Below are positions 52,588-64,000 of a DNA stretch of 64,000 nucleotides, piece by piece. The stretch lies in contig JBMOON010000047.1 in NCBI GenBank assembly GCA_049323295.1, positions 181,033 to 245,032 of the forward strand, read 5' to 3'. How positions within the stretch are numbered: position 1 is the stretch's first letter; every line of letters begins with the position of its first letter. The notes beneath the pieces were generated by a model. That model was not told the DNA's origin, made no database searches, and saw only the letters and a program-made list of their open reading frames with translations. Source of the DNA: Pseudomonadota bacterium. GTDB lineage: Bacteria > Pseudomonadota > Gammaproteobacteria > Pseudomonadales > JADFDG01. Position numbers and translations under genes: made by a program.

Positions 52588-53246
52588 TTATTCGCCGGCC
52601 ACGTAGGCCAGTTTCATTTCCAGCAGCATGCGCGCCGGATCGCGCGGCGCCGCCGTGTCCAGTGCCTTTTGCCATGCCGCGCGGGCCTCCGCGCGCTTGC
52701 CCTGGGCCAGCAGGATGTCGCCGCGGGTTTCCTCGCGGGCAGCCGCGAATTCCGGCGCGACTTCGCTGACCAGCAGGGCCAGCGCATCGTCATGTTTGCC
52801 CTGTGCCGACAGCACCTGTGCCAGACGGTGGGTGGCGATCGTCGCCACGGCATCACCGTCGTCGCCGGCGATCACCGCGCGCAACTTTTGTTCCGCACCG
52901 GTCAGGTCGTCCTTCTCGACGGCCCGGGCGGCCAGCACCAGCGCAGCGAAGCGTGCGTACGGCGTGTCGCCATAGCCGGTTGCCAGTTCTTCGCCGGCCT
53001 TGGCCATCCGCGCCTCGGCGTCGACTGCCGTCGAGCCTCCGGCCAGCACTTCCTGCCAGGACTGCATCATGGTCTGGTACAGGCCGGCAGCCGCCAGCGA
53101 TTTCGTGCGTTCGTGGTGCTGGTACCACTTCCAGCCGGCGAACACGGCAACTGCCAGCAACACGGCACCGACGATCATCAGGCCGTTGTCCTTCCACCAC
53201 GACTTGATCGCGGCAATCTGTTCTTCCTCGGTGCGGTAAACGTCCA

Positions 53247-53247
<1 letters not shown>
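52588..53247 (-). CDS. yfgM: YfgM-like TPR membrane protein (ancillary SecYEG translocon subunit family)
   Basis: MDVYRTEEEQIAAIKSWWKDNG followed by a single TM helix, then a TPR-like periplasmic domain. Position between hisS and bamB. Start checked as CAT 53245-53247. Confidence 0.75.
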
Positions 53248-54523
<1,276 letters not shown>

Positions 54524-54527
<4 letters not shown>

Positions 54528-55663
54528 GAGCGGACTATGATCCCGGATGCGTCGTCGCGTTTTTTCTGTTCGGATTTTTCCGCTTCGGCCGCGCGCACTT
54601 TCTCGCGGACCATCTTTTCGATCTCGTCGACCAGATTGGTCGTAGGGATCAGGTGGCTCTTCTCGCCGTGGCGGTAGACCAGGCTGTTCGGGCTCGCGCC
54701 GACGACGCCGATATCGGCCTCCTTCGCCTCACCCGGGCCGTTGACCTTGCACCCGATCACCGACACGTCCATCGGCACCCGGACGTCTTCCAGCCGGGCT
54801 TCCAGCTCGTTCATCACCCGGATCACGTCGAACTCCTGCCGCGAGCAACTCGGGCAGGCGATGAAGTTGATTCCGTTGGAGCGCAGGCCCAGCGACTTCA
54901 GGATGTCAAAACCGACCTTCACTTCGTCTTCGGGTTCGGCGGCCAGCGAAATCCGGATGGTGTCGCCGATGCCTTCGTACAGCAGCATGCCCAGCGCGAT
55001 GGCCGACTTCACGGTGCCGGAGCGGTAGATGCCCGCCTCGGTCACCCCCAGATGCAGCGGCTTGTCGATCTGCTGCGACAGCAACCGGTAGGCATCCAGC
55101 GTCAGGAACACGTTCGACGCCTTCACGCTCACCTTGTATTCGTGGAAATCGAGCCGCTCCAGGATGTCGATGTGGCGCATCGCCGATTCGACCATGGCGG
55201 CGCCGGTCGGCTCGCCGTATTTCTTCTGCAGGTCTTTTTCCAGGGAACCGGCGTTGACACCGATGCGGATCGGCAGGCCCTTGTCGCGGGCACAATCGAC
55301 GACGGCGCGCACCTTGTCGTCGGAACCGATGTTGCCCGGATTGATCCGCAGGCAGTCGGCACCCGCCTCGGCAACGGCCAGGGCGATGCGATGGTCGAAA
55401 TGGATGTCGGCCACCAGCGGCACATCCACCTGCTGGCGGATCTTCGCGAATGCCGCCACCGAATCCATGGTCGGCACCGACACGCGCACGATGTCCGCAC
55501 CGGCGGCCACGCAGCGACGGATCTGCGCGACGGTGGCGTCGACATCGCAGGTGTCCGTATTGGTCATGGTCTGCACGGTGATCGGCGCATCGCCGCCGAC
55601 CGGCACCTTGCCGACCATGATCTGCCGCGTCTTGCGCCGCTTGATGGGAGACTCGTGGTGCAC
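54524..55663 (-). CDS. ispG: 4-hydroxy-3-methylbut-2-en-1-yl diphosphate synthase (flavodoxin) IspG
   Basis: [34 protein letters not shown] parallels the E. coli IspG N-terminus. Cys ligands lie in [10 protein letters not shown] and [12 protein letters not shown] start. Confidence 0.95.
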
Positions 55664-55668
55664 GACGC

Positions 55669-56640
55669 TTACCTCGGCGCCTGACCGACGATGATGCGGT
55701 TGACGCGCGAGCGACCGGAGCGGTCGACCTGTCGCACGCCGTTGTACCAGACATCGGCGGCCGTGGCGTCGTTGAAGGTGATGCTCAGCGGCGCCTTGCC
55801 TTCCAGCGACAGCACGCTGCCGGCCGGCTGCACGCTGGTGTGCAGCACGACGTTGTCGGCATCGCGCACTTCCACCCAGGATTCACCGCGGAAGCGGATG
55901 TACAGGCCGCGACGTGGCGCCGACTCGCGTGCCGCCGCTGCAACAGTCTCGACCTCGGCCGGCGACGACGGTGTGGCTGCCGCAGGGGTCGACGAAGATG
56001 CCGGCACAACCGGCGCCGCGGTACCGGGCGCCGGCAGCGGAAGGGCCACCGGCGTCGAAGCCGGCGGCGGCGCGGGACTGTCCTCGCCCGCCGGCGGCAC
56101 GGCCGCCGACGGTGCCGGCGGGAGCCGGATTTCCGTCACCACCGCTGCGCCCGGCGGTATCGGCAAGGCAACCGGTTCGCCGGCCGCCGGCACGTCCGGC
56201 GTCCTGCCGGCAGGCGTCGTCGCCGGCAACGGACGATCGCGCAGGGCGAGAAAGAGCAGCAGCACCACGACGATCAGCAGGCCGGCGATCGCCAGCAACG
56301 GGCCGAAACGCCGGCGACCGGCACGGAAATTCGGCGCGCGCATCGGCGCGCCGCGCCGGGCGGAAGCACCACCGCCGTCGACGCCCAGATGGATAACCGG
56401 CGCCTTCACTTCGACCGGCGCCAGCTCGGCCACCAGCGCCTCGCCATCCAGGCCCAACTCGCGCGCATAGGTTTTCACGTAGCCGCGAACGAACGTCGGC
56501 TCCGGCAGGGCCGCGATATCGCCCTGCTCGAGCGCGCGCACGTAACGCGCCGGTATCTTCAGGCGGGCGGCGATGTCCTCGACCGTCAGCCCCTTGAGTT
56601 CGCGCGCCTCGCGCAGTTGCTCTCCGGCAACGACTCCCAT
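55669..56640 (-). CDS. rodZ: Cytoskeleton protein RodZ
   Basis: N-terminal HTH ([30 protein letters not shown]), a single TM helix, a Pro/Ala-rich linker, and a C-terminal DUF4115-like domain. Confidence 0.85.
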   Translation of the reverse strand: MGVVAGEQLREARELKGLTVEDIAARLKIPARYVRALEQGDIAALPEPTFVRGYVKTYARELGLDGEALVAELAPVEVKAPVIHLGVDGGGASARRGAPMRAPNFRAGRRRFGPLLAIAGLLIVVVLLLFLALRDRPLPATTPAGRTPDVPAAGEPVALPIPPGAAVVTEIRLPPAPSAAVPPAGEDSPAPPPASTPVALPLPAPGTAAPVVPASSSTPAAATPSSPAEVETVAAAARESAPRRGLYIRFRGESWVEVRDADNVVLHTSVQPAGSVLSLEGKAPLSITFNDATAADVWYNGVRQVDRSGRSRVNRIIVGQAPR

Positions 56641-56652
56641 GCCCGTATTACC

Positions 56653-57510
56653 TCAGCGCGGTTTGCGCTTTTCAGTGTGCGTATCGGCGGCACCGCTTTT
56701 CCAGGTACGCCATGCCGCATATTCCGGCGATTCGCGGAACATTTTTGCCAGCTGGAATTCGTTGCTCGCCTGTTTGTCGCTGTCACCGAGGCCGGCCGCT
56801 ATCCGGATGCCGATCCAGAGGCTGCGCGGCGTATTGCGGGTACGCGACTGGAATGCCGCCATGTAGCTGTCGGCTTCACGGTAATTCTTCTGGGCAAGCA
56901 GTATGTCCGCCATCTCCAGCAAGGCATCGACCTGCTGGCTGTCGAGACGCAACGAACGCTGCAGGGCGCTGGCCGCACGTTCGAACTGCCCCAGTTGTGC
57001 ATAACACCGGCCGAGGTTCAGGAATGCGAGTGCCCGCTGATCGTATCCGGGATCGTTGGCCGCCTTCTCAAGCTGCTCGATCGCATCCTGGTAACGTTTC
57101 TGGCGGTACAACAGGCCGGCGTAGTTATTGCGCGCCTGGCTGAAGTCGCCATCGGCGCGGATAGCGCGGCGAAAGTACTCCTCTTCCCGACGCTCATCGC
57201 CTTCATAGAAATAGAGCAACGCCATTGCATTATTCGCCTGCGGCGAACTGCGATCGATCTCGAGTGCACGGGAAATATGCCGGCGCGCGCGCTCCGGATC
57301 GTTGGCCTTCAATGCCTCGATTCCGGCCTGGACGCGGGTTTCTATGGCCTTGGTTCGCTGGGCGTCCTCATCGACCATCAGCGGCAACGAGGATTTCTCG
57401 GCCGGTTTCTGATCGGACTTTTCCGGGCCGGATGCACACCCGGCCAGCAAAAGAAGAAGCGCCCAGGCCGCGACGCCCGGACTCAGTACAAGCTTCCTGC
57501 CGGAGCGCAT
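56653..57510 (-). CDS. pilW: Type IV pilus biogenesis/stability TPR lipoprotein (PilW; PilF of P. aeruginosa)
   Basis: Lipobox LLLLAGCASG and multiple TPR repeats. Sits between rlmN and rodZ, as in Pseudomonas. Start checked as CAT 57508-57510. Confidence 0.75.
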   Translation of the reverse strand: MRSGRKLVLSPGVAAWALLLLLAGCASGPEKSDQKPAEKSSLPLMVDEDAQRTKAIETRVQAGIEALKANDPERARRHISRALEIDRSSPQANNAMALLYFYEGDERREEEYFRRAIRADGDFSQARNNYAGLLYRQKRYQDAIEQLEKAANDPGYDQRALAFLNLGRCYAQLGQFERAASALQRSLRLDSQQVDALLEMADILLAQKNYREADSYMAAFQSRTRNTPRSLWIGIRIAAGLGDSDKQASNEFQLAKMFRESPEYAAWRTWKSGAADTHTEKRKPR

Positions 57511-58676
57511 CAGGCGTGTCCTCTTTTGATGTGTGGCCGCGGCACTGCAACTCCGTCCTGCTGCACGGGAATCCGGGATTCGCGCCAACGTTCGCTGCGG
57601 CGCGTACGATCATTCACCTGGCCGACGAGCTGGCCGCAGGCAGCGTCGATGTCGTCGCCGCGCGTGGTGCGCACGGTAGCAACAAAACCGGCCTGCATCA
57701 GGACTTCCTGGAAACGGCGAATCTGGTTGTTGGACGAACGCTCGTAGCCCGCATGCGGGAACGGGTTGAACGGAATCATGTTGATCTTGCTCGGCACGCC
57801 GCTCTCCTGCAGCAGTTTCACCAGCTGATGCGCATGCTCGAGCCGATCGTTCACGCCATTGAGCATCACGTATTCCATGGTGATCGAGCGATGGCTGTTG
57901 GTCGGATGGCGCGCCAGGAAGCGGCGGCAGGCAGCCAGCACCTCCGCCAGCGGATACTTCCTGTTGAGCGGCACCAGTTCATTGCGCAGCTCGTCGTTGG
58001 GCGCGTGCAGCGACAGCGCCAGCGAGACATCGATCGCTTCGCCGAGCGCATCGATGCCCGGCACCACGCCCGACGTGCTGACCGTGACGCGGCGGCGCGA
58101 AATGCCGTAGGCGAAGTCATCCTTCATCAGCTCGAGCGCCGGCAGCAGGTTGCCCAGGTTCAGCAGCGGCTCGCCCATGCCCATCATCACCACGTTGGTG
58201 ATGTTGCGCTCGCCCATATTGGTACGCGGCGGGAATGAACGGTTGGCGATCCACACCTGGCCGATAATCTCGGCGGTGGAGAGGTCTCGCTGGAAACCCT
58301 GCTTGCCGGTGGAGCAGAACGAGCAATCCAGCGCGCATCCGACCTGCGAAGACACGCACAGCGTCCCGCGCTCTCCGTCGGGAATGAATACGGTCTCGAC
58401 CTTGCCGCCACCGTCCATTTCCAGCACCCACTTGCGGGTGCCGTCCTTCGAGAATTCGCTGTGGACAATGCGGGGAGCACGGATCTCGGCGACTTCCGCC
58501 AGCTTCGCGCGCAGGGCCTTGCCCAGATCGCTCATGGCGTCGAAGGAGTCGACGCCACGCGCGTGTATCCACTGCATCACCTGGGTGGCGCGAAACTTCT
58601 TCTCGCCGAGGTTCAGGAAGAAGGCCTCGAGCTGAGACTGGGTCATGCCCAGCAGGTTGGTCTTGCTCTCGGCCAT
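57510..58676 (-). CDS. rlmN: 23S rRNA/tRNA (adenine-C2)-methyltransferase RlmN (radical SAM)
   Basis: [12 protein letters not shown] and the radical SAM cluster motif [12 protein letters not shown]. Start MAESKTNLL checked as CAT 58674-58676. Confidence 0.93.
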   Translation of the reverse strand: MAESKTNLLGMTQSQLEAFFLNLGEKKFRATQVMQWIHARGVDSFDAMSDLGKALRAKLAEVAEIRAPRIVHSEFSKDGTRKWVLEMDGGGKVETVFIPDGERGTLCVSSQVGCALDCSFCSTGKQGFQRDLSTAEIIGQVWIANRSFPPRTNMGERNITNVVMMGMGEPLLNLGNLLPALELMKDDFAYGISRRRVTVSTSGVVPGIDALGEAIDVSLALSLHAPNDELRNELVPLNRKYPLAEVLAACRRFLARHPTNSHRSITMEYVMLNGVNDRLEHAHQLVKLLQESGVPSKINMIPFNPFPHAGYERSSNNQIRRFQEVLMQAGFVATVRTTRGDDIDAACGQLVGQVNDRTRRSERWRESRIPVQQDGVAVPRPHIKRGHA

Positions 58677-58734
58677 ATCGCTCACATTCGGCAGTGGAAC
58701 CCGGCCACTCTGACCACGAGCGGCCGGGCAGGTT

Positions 58735-59166
58735 TCAGCGCGTGCGGGCGCAGACGTCCAGGCTGCTGAAGAAGTATGCAACTTCACGGGCTGCCGAGGC
58801 AGCCGAATCCGAGCCGTGTACCGCGTTCTCGTCGATCGACGAGGCGAAATCGGCCCGGATCGTGCCCTTGTCGGCCTTCTTCGGATCGGTGGCACCCATC
58901 AGGTCGCGGTGCTTGAGAACGGCATTCTCGCCCTCGAGGACCGACACGACGACCGGACCGGAAATCATGAAATCGACCAGTGCCCTGAAGAAGGGACGGG
59001 CCTTGTGCTCGGCGTAGAAGCCCTCGGCCTGCGCCTGCGACAGGTGCATCATGCGGGCCGCGACGACCTTGAGGCCCGCCTTCTCGAACCGGGTGTAGAT
59101 CTCGCCGATCACGTTCTTGCCGACCGCGTCCGGCTTGATGATCGAAAGGGTACGCTCAACCGCCAT
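58735..59166 (-). CDS. ndk: Nucleoside diphosphate kinase
   Basis: [15 protein letters not shown]...NAVHGSDS (catalytic His). Start checked as CAT 59164-59166. Confidence 0.95.
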   Translation of the reverse strand: MAVERTLSIIKPDAVGKNVIGEIYTRFEKAGLKVVAARMMHLSQAQAEGFYAEHKARPFFRALVDFMISGPVVVSVLEGENAVLKHRDLMGATDPKKADKGTIRADFASSIDENAVHGSDSAASAAREVAYFFSSLDVCARTR

Positions 59167-59236
59167 CTGGATCTCCAAAAGCCTGTACAGGCAACGAGTT
59201 ACGCCGGATTGCCCGGCCCTGCAAAAAAGAGGGCGG

Positions 59237-59265
59237 ATTATACGCAGGAAGGCCCCGGCCGCCTA
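59237..59265 (-). promoter_or_regulatory. Candidate ndk promoter (perfect -10 hexamer)
   Basis: Minus strand has TATAAT (complement of 59237-59242) 71 nt upstream of the ndk ATG. The -35 at 17-nt spacing is weak (TAGGCG). Confidence 0.35.
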
Positions 59266-59324
59266 CCGCGGCGATACCCCGCTCTCCCGGCCGCTCCCGG
59301 ACCGGAAGACGCGAGCGCCCCGGA

Positions 59325-59349
59325 ATACCCGAGTATTTCACTATGGTAT
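59325..59349. promoter_or_regulatory. IscR (Rrf2-family) type-1-like 25-bp palindromic site upstream of sufB
   Basis: ATACCCGAGTATTTCACTATGGTAT matches 21 of 25 positions of the E. coli type-1 IscR consensus ATASYYGACTRwwwYAGTCRRSTAT as I recall it. The ends ATACC/GGTAT are perfectly symmetric, and the site is an AT-rich patch. Confidence 0.5.
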
Positions 59350-59466
59350 GGCCCGGTCCGGGGGCCCATAATGCAGACGCCCGACGACGGCCCCGGGCCC
59401 GCCCGCCGGCACTGTCGTCAAACGCCACCTTATATAGAATGCGGCCCCCTGCCGGCCGACCCCCCT

Positions 59467-60936
59467 ATGACCGACGCCCGCCAACCCGCCCCGACCGCCC
59501 CCGTCGACACCCTCGACCGGGCCATCGCGTCCTCCTACGAGGCGGGCTTCGTCACGGCCATCGAATCGGACACCCTCGCACCCGGCCTGGACGAAGACGT
59601 CGTCCGCTACATTTCGGCGAAAAAGAACGAGCCGGCCTGGCTGACCGAGTGGCGGCTCAAGGCATTCCGCCACTGGCAAACGATGCCGGAGCCGACCTGG
59701 GCCCACGTCCACTACCCGCCGGTGGATTTCCAGGCGCTGTCCTATTACTCGGCGCCCCGCGGCATGGGGGACAAACCGAAATCGCTCGACGAAATCGATC
59801 CGGAATTGCTGAAGACCTACGAGAAGCTGGGCATCCCGCTGCACGAACAGGCCATGCTGGCCGGCGTTGCCGTGGACGCAGTGTTCGACTCGGTTTCCGT
59901 CGCCACCACCTTCCGCGAGAAGCTCGCCGAGGCCGGCGTCATTTTCTGCCCGATTTCCGAAGCGGTGCGCGAACATCCGGAACTGGTGCGGAAATACCTG
60001 GGCAGCGTGGTACCCGCCGGCGACAACTTCTATGCCGCACTCAACAGTGCGGTGTTTTCCGACGGCTCCTTCGTGTACATCCCGAAGAACACCCGCTGCC
60101 CGATGGAGCTCTCGACCTATTTCCGCATCAACCAGGCCAAGACCGGTCAGTTCGAACGGACGCTGATCGTGGCCGACGAAGGCAGCTACGTGAGCTATCT
60201 GGAAGGCTGCACGGCACCGATGCGCGACGAAAACCAGCTGCACGCCGCGGTCGTCGAACTGGTGGCGCTGCCCGGCGCCCAGATCAAGTACAGCACGGTG
60301 CAGAACTGGTATCCGGGCGACGAAGAAGGCCGCGGCGGCATCTACAACTTCGTCACCAAGCGCGGCGTCTGCTTCGACAACGCGAAGATCTCCTGGACCC
60401 AGGTGGAAACCGGCTCGGCGATCACCTGGAAGTACCCCAGCGTGGTGCTGCGCGGCGACAACAGCGTCGGCGAATTCTATTCGGTGGCGCTCACCCGCAA
60501 CCGGCAGCAGGCCGACACCGGCACCAAGATGATTCACCTCGGCAGGAACACGAAGAGCACCATCGTGTCCAAAGGCATCTCGGTGGGGAAAAGCAGCAAC
60601 GCCTACCGCGGACTGGTCCGCATCTCGCCGCGTGCGGACGGCGCACGGAATCACACGCAGTGCGATTCGCTGCTGATCGGCGACCAGTGCGCCGCGCACA
60701 CCTTCCCCTACATCGAGAGCCGCAACCCGGGCGCCACCGTCGAGCACGAGGCCACCACCTCGCGGGTATCGGAAGACCAGCTGTTTCTCTGCCGCGCCCG
60801 CGGCATCGATGCGGAAAAGGCCGTGAGCATGATCGTCAACGGCTTCTGCAAGGAAGTGTTCAAGGAATTGCCGATGGAGTTTGCGGTGGAAGCCGGCAAG
60901 CTGCTCGAAATCAGCCTCGAAGGGTCGGTCGGCTGA
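59467..60936 (+). CDS. sufB: Fe-S cluster assembly scaffold protein SufB
   Basis: Full-length SufB colinearity (...[23 protein letters not shown]...[16 protein letters not shown]...). ATG checked at 59467. Confidence 0.95.
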   Translation: MTDARQPAPTAPVDTLDRAIASSYEAGFVTAIESDTLAPGLDEDVVRYISAKKNEPAWLTEWRLKAFRHWQTMPEPTWAHVHYPPVDFQALSYYSAPRGMGDKPKSLDEIDPELLKTYEKLGIPLHEQAMLAGVAVDAVFDSVSVATTFREKLAEAGVIFCPISEAVREHPELVRKYLGSVVPAGDNFYAALNSAVFSDGSFVYIPKNTRCPMELSTYFRINQAKTGQFERTLIVADEGSYVSYLEGCTAPMRDENQLHAAVVELVALPGAQIKYSTVQNWYPGDEEGRGGIYNFVTKRGVCFDNAKISWTQVETGSAITWKYPSVVLRGDNSVGEFYSVALTRNRQQADTGTKMIHLGRNTKSTIVSKGISVGKSSNAYRGLVRISPRADGARNHTQCDSLLIGDQCAAHTFPYIESRNPGATVEHEATTSRVSEDQLFLCRARGIDAEKAVSMIVNGFCKEVFKELPMEFAVEAGKLLEISLEGSVG

Positions 60937-60960
60937 CCGCCCGCATACCGGACCAGGAAA

Positions 60961-61716
60961 ATGCTCGAAATTCGCGACCTGCACGCCAACGTCCAGGGCA
61001 AGGAAATCCTCAAGGGCCTGACACTGACCGTCGGCGCGGGCGAGGTACACGCCATCATGGGCCCCAACGGCTCCGGCAAAAGCACGCTGGCCGCCGTGCT
61101 GGCCGGCCGCGACGGCTATGAAGTAACGGCTGGCGAAATCCTCTTCCGCGGCGAAAACATCCTGACCTTGGAACCGGAAGAACGCGCGCGCAAGGGCATG
61201 TTCCTCGCCTTCCAGTACCCGGTGGAAATTCCCGGCGTTTCGAACCTCGAATTCCTGAAGGCCTCGCTGGAACAGGTGCGCAAGGCGCAGGGCAAGGACG
61301 TGTGGGATGCCGTGACTTTCATGAAGAAGGCGCGCGAAGCCTGCGCGAAAGTCCACCTCGACCAGGCCTTCCTCAAGCGCGGCGTCAACGAAGGTTTTTC
61401 CGGCGGCGAAAAGAAACGCAACGAGATCATGCAGATGCTGCTGCTCGAGCCGGCGCTCGGCATCCTCGACGAAACCGATTCCGGCCTCGACATCGATGCC
61501 CTGCAGGTGGTCGCCCAGGGCGTGAATTCGCTGCGCGGCGGCGAACGTTCCTTCGTGCTGGTGACCCATTACCAGCGTCTGCTGGACCACATCGTGCCGG
61601 ACTTCGTGCACGTGCTGTCGGGCGGACGCATCGTCAAGTCCGGCGGCAAGAACCTGGCGCTGGAACTCGAGGAAAAAGGCTACGGCTGGCTGAAAGACGC
61701 CGCCGGTGCGGCCTGA
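60961..61716 (+). CDS. sufC: Fe-S cluster assembly ATPase SufC
   Basis: Walker A GPNGSGKST, signature FSGGEKKRNEI, Walker B ILDETDSGLD. Confidence 0.95.
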   Translation: MLEIRDLHANVQGKEILKGLTLTVGAGEVHAIMGPNGSGKSTLAAVLAGRDGYEVTAGEILFRGENILTLEPEERARKGMFLAFQYPVEIPGVSNLEFLKASLEQVRKAQGKDVWDAVTFMKKAREACAKVHLDQAFLKRGVNEGFSGGEKKRNEIMQMLLLEPALGILDETDSGLDIDALQVVAQGVNSLRGGERSFVLVTHYQRLLDHIVPDFVHVLSGGRIVKSGGKNLALELEEKGYGWLKDAAGAA

Positions 61717-61723
61717 TACCGCC

Positions 61724-63061
61724 ATGACCGGCAACCGGACCGCCGCCACCCCGGACACCGACGCCGCCGGCCTGGCCGGCCGCGTGCGCGAACTCGCCGG
61801 CCAGGCGACTTTCCCGTCCTGGCTTGCCGATCTGCGTTCGCGGGCCCTGAGCGAACTGGCGCAGGCGGAGTTTCCCGGCCGCAAGTCGGAACCCTGGAAA
61901 TACACCCGGCTGACGGCGCTGGAAAATTCCGGTGCCCTCGGACGTACTGCCACCATCGTGCAAACTCCGGTTCCGGCTGCGGCATTGCCCGCACTCGATG
62001 CCTGGCGTCTGGTTTTCGTGAACGGCCGCTACGATGCCGCGCAATCCTCGCTGCCGGCCGACGGCTCGCTGGTGGTGTCGCCGCTGATCGGGCTGGCCGA
62101 TGCCGAACAAGCCGGCGCCCGCGAGCTGCTGACCCGCGCCGACACGCCGCCGCTGCCGTTCAGCACGTTCAATCGCGCCGCTTTCCATGACGGCCTCTAC
62201 GTGCGGGTACCGAAGGATGCGCAGCCGGCAAAACCGCTGCATGTGGTGTTCCACACCGAAGGCACGGAACCGGCCACGTCGCAGGCACGGCTGTTGATAC
62301 AGGTCGAGACGCAGGCCCGGCTGACGCTCGTCGAGCAGTACACGGCTGCCGCCGCAACGCAGTACACCAACGCCGCCAGCGTGATCGATCTCGCGCGCGG
62401 CGCCCGGCTGGCCTGGATGCGGGTGCAACTGGACGACCAGTACTTCACCGGCAGCGCACAACTGCGCCAGCAGGCCGACAGTCATTGCGATGCCTGGCTG
62501 CTCAGCCGGGGCAGCCGGCTCAAGCGCAATGACATCGTCTGTACGCTGGCCGCACCGGGCGCCGGGCTGACCGTGAAGGGCGCCTTCCTCGCCGGCGCCG
62601 GCGAACACATCGACAACCAGGTCGCAATCGAACACGCCGCGCCGCACGGCACCAGCCAGCAGGTCTTCAAGGGACTGGCCGGCGGCGACGGCCGCGCCGT
62701 ATTCAACGGCCGGATCCACATCCATCCCGGCGCGAAGCAGACCAGCGCCGGACTGGTGAACAACAACCTGCTGCTGTCCGCCGACGCCGAAATCGACACC
62801 AAACCGGAACTCGAGATCTACAACGACGACGTAAAATGCGCGCACGGTGCCACCGTCGGCCGACTGAACGAAACGGCGGTGTTCTACCTGCAGTCACGCG
62901 GCGTCGCACGCGCCGACGCTGAACTGATGCTCGCATTGGGTTTCGTCAACGAGCTGATCGACAGCCTGCCGCTGCCGGAGCTGGCAGTATGGTTGCGCGC
63001 CGCATGTGCCGACTGGTTTGCGGCACGCGGTGCGCGCAGGAATAGCGGGGTAACGCCGTGA
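61724..63061 (+). CDS. sufD: Fe-S cluster assembly protein SufD
   Basis: SufB/D beta-helix C-terminal region ...NNLLLSADAEIDTKPELEIYNDDVKCAHGATVG. ATG checked at 61724. Confidence 0.9.
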   Translation: MTGNRTAATPDTDAAGLAGRVRELAGQATFPSWLADLRSRALSELAQAEFPGRKSEPWKYTRLTALENSGALGRTATIVQTPVPAAALPALDAWRLVFVNGRYDAAQSSLPADGSLVVSPLIGLADAEQAGARELLTRADTPPLPFSTFNRAAFHDGLYVRVPKDAQPAKPLHVVFHTEGTEPATSQARLLIQVETQARLTLVEQYTAAAATQYTNAASVIDLARGARLAWMRVQLDDQYFTGSAQLRQQADSHCDAWLLSRGSRLKRNDIVCTLAAPGAGLTVKGAFLAGAGEHIDNQVAIEHAAPHGTSQQVFKGLAGGDGRAVFNGRIHIHPGAKQTSAGLVNNNLLLSADAEIDTKPELEIYNDDVKCAHGATVGRLNETAVFYLQSRGVARADAELMLALGFVNELIDSLPLPELAVWLRAACADWFAARGARRNSGVTP

Positions 63062-64000
63062 ACGCACCGGAAACCGCTTTCGACCCGGCCCGGTTGCGCG
63101 CCCAGTTCCCCCTGCTCGACCAGCAGGTGAACGGCCAGCCGCTGGTCTACCTCGACAATGCCGCCACCACGCAGAAACCGCTGGCGGTGATCGAGACGAT
63201 CGACCGCTACTACCGCGAATACAACAGCAACGTCCACCGCGGTGCCCATGCCCTGGCCGACCGCGCCACCGCGGCACTGGAAGCCGCACGCACTTCCGTG
63301 CAGCGCCTGCTCAACGCGCGGGAAAGCGCGGAAATCATCTTCACCCGCGGCACCACCGAATCCATCAATCTGGTGGCATACAGCTGGGCCCGGCAGCACC
63401 TGCGGGCCGGCGACGAGGTCGTGATCTCCGCGCTGGAACATCACGCCAATCTCGTGCCGTGGCAACAGGCCTGCCTGGCCACCGGTGCGAAGCTGCGGGT
63501 GATCCCGATCAGCGACGCCGGCGAAGTCGACATGGACGCGTATCGCGCGCTGCTCGGCACACGGACAAAACTGGTGGCCTGCACGCACGTGTCAAACGCC
63601 CTCGGCACGATCAATCCGGTGGCGGACATCGTGGCCGCCGCGAAGGCAGCCGGTGCGCTGGTACTGCTGGATGGCGCCCAGGCCGTGGCGCATTTCCCGG
63701 TCGACGTGCAGCGTCTCGGCTGCGACTTCTACGCCTTCTCCGGCCACAAGCTGTTCGGTCCGACCGGCACCGGCGTGCTGTGGGGACGCCGGGAGCTGCT
63801 GGATGCCATGCCGCCCTGGCAGACCGGCGGCGAGATGATCGAGACGGTGACGTTCGAGCAGACGACCTGGAACCAGTTGCCTTACAAGTTCGAAGCCGGA
63901 ACGCCGCACATCGCCGGCATCATCGGCCTCGGAGCCGCCGTCGACTGGCTGCTGGCCCAGGACCGGCGTGCCCTCGCCGCGCACGAATCCGCGCTGCTGA
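63058..64000 (+). CDS. sufS: Cysteine desulfurase SufS (class V aminotransferase), 3' end outside window
   Basis: My translation from the GTG at 63058 (GTGA overlap with sufD) reads VNAPETAFDPARLRAQFPLLDQQVNGQPLVYLDNAATTQKP...HHANLVPWQ...FYAFSGHKLFGPTGTGVLWG (PLP Lys). The frame stays open to the window edge. It is absent from the ORF track because no stop is reached. Confidence 0.9.
   Translation, partial: MNAPETAFDPARLRAQFPLLDQQVNGQPLVYLDNAATTQKPLAVIETIDRYYREYNSNVHRGAHALADRATAALEAARTSVQRLLNARESAEIIFTRGTTESINLVAYSWARQHLRAGDEVVISALEHHANLVPWQQACLATGAKLRVIPISDAGEVDMDAYRALLGTRTKLVACTHVSNALGTINPVADIVAAAKAAGALVLLDGAQAVAHFPVDVQRLGCDFYAFSGHKLFGPTGTGVLWGRRELLDAMPPWQTGGEMIETVTFEQTTWNQLPYKFEAGTPHIAGIIGLGAAVDWLLAQDRRALAAHESALL

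Overview
This 64-kb window is chromosomal DNA from a high-GC Gammaproteobacterium (roughly two-thirds G+C by eye). The gene order resembles Pseudomonas, Xanthomonadales/Nevskiales and E. coli core blocks. I support about 60 protein-coding genes and found no rRNA, tRNA, CRISPR array, transposase, phage or integron signature.

Most of the window is housekeeping synteny:
- xerD-dsbC-hom-thrC
- rplS-trmD-rimM-rpsP-ffh with divergent ypjD
- purT
- purL with divergent mltF, then tadA
- guaBA with divergent xseA
- der-bamB-yfgM-hisS-ispG-rodZ-pilW-rlmN-ndk
- sufBCDS, running off the right edge

Four convergent gene pairs each share one symmetric A-tract/hairpin/T-tract bidirectional terminator.

I see no clear-cut novel multi-gene system such as a defence island. 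The candidates worth a second look are accessory insertions and regulatory oddities:
1. A TonB-dependent receptor, periplasmic binding-protein-like and hybrid histidine kinase triad, inserted between xseA and der.
2. A lipoprotein carrying an almost textbook Kunitz/BPTI domain with P1 Arg, translationally coupled to an unknown lipoprotein.
3. An AraC-family regulator next to an exported DUF2236 (MpaB/Lcp-family) protein and an exported FMN-bind-like protein.
4. A CHASE2 Ser/Thr kinase wedged into the mltF-tadA junction, preceded by two tiny chained uORFs.
5. purL, which is translationally coupled to thioesterase, YqfO-like and hydrolase genes.
6. An IscR type-1-like palindrome upstream of sufB.
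7. A near-consensus promoter with an embedded palindrome upstream of an aldehyde dehydrogenase gene.

All functional calls rest on my reading of the translated ORFs and motifs; no database search was run. Start codons were chosen by comparison with remembered N-termini and by checking the codon in the sequence.
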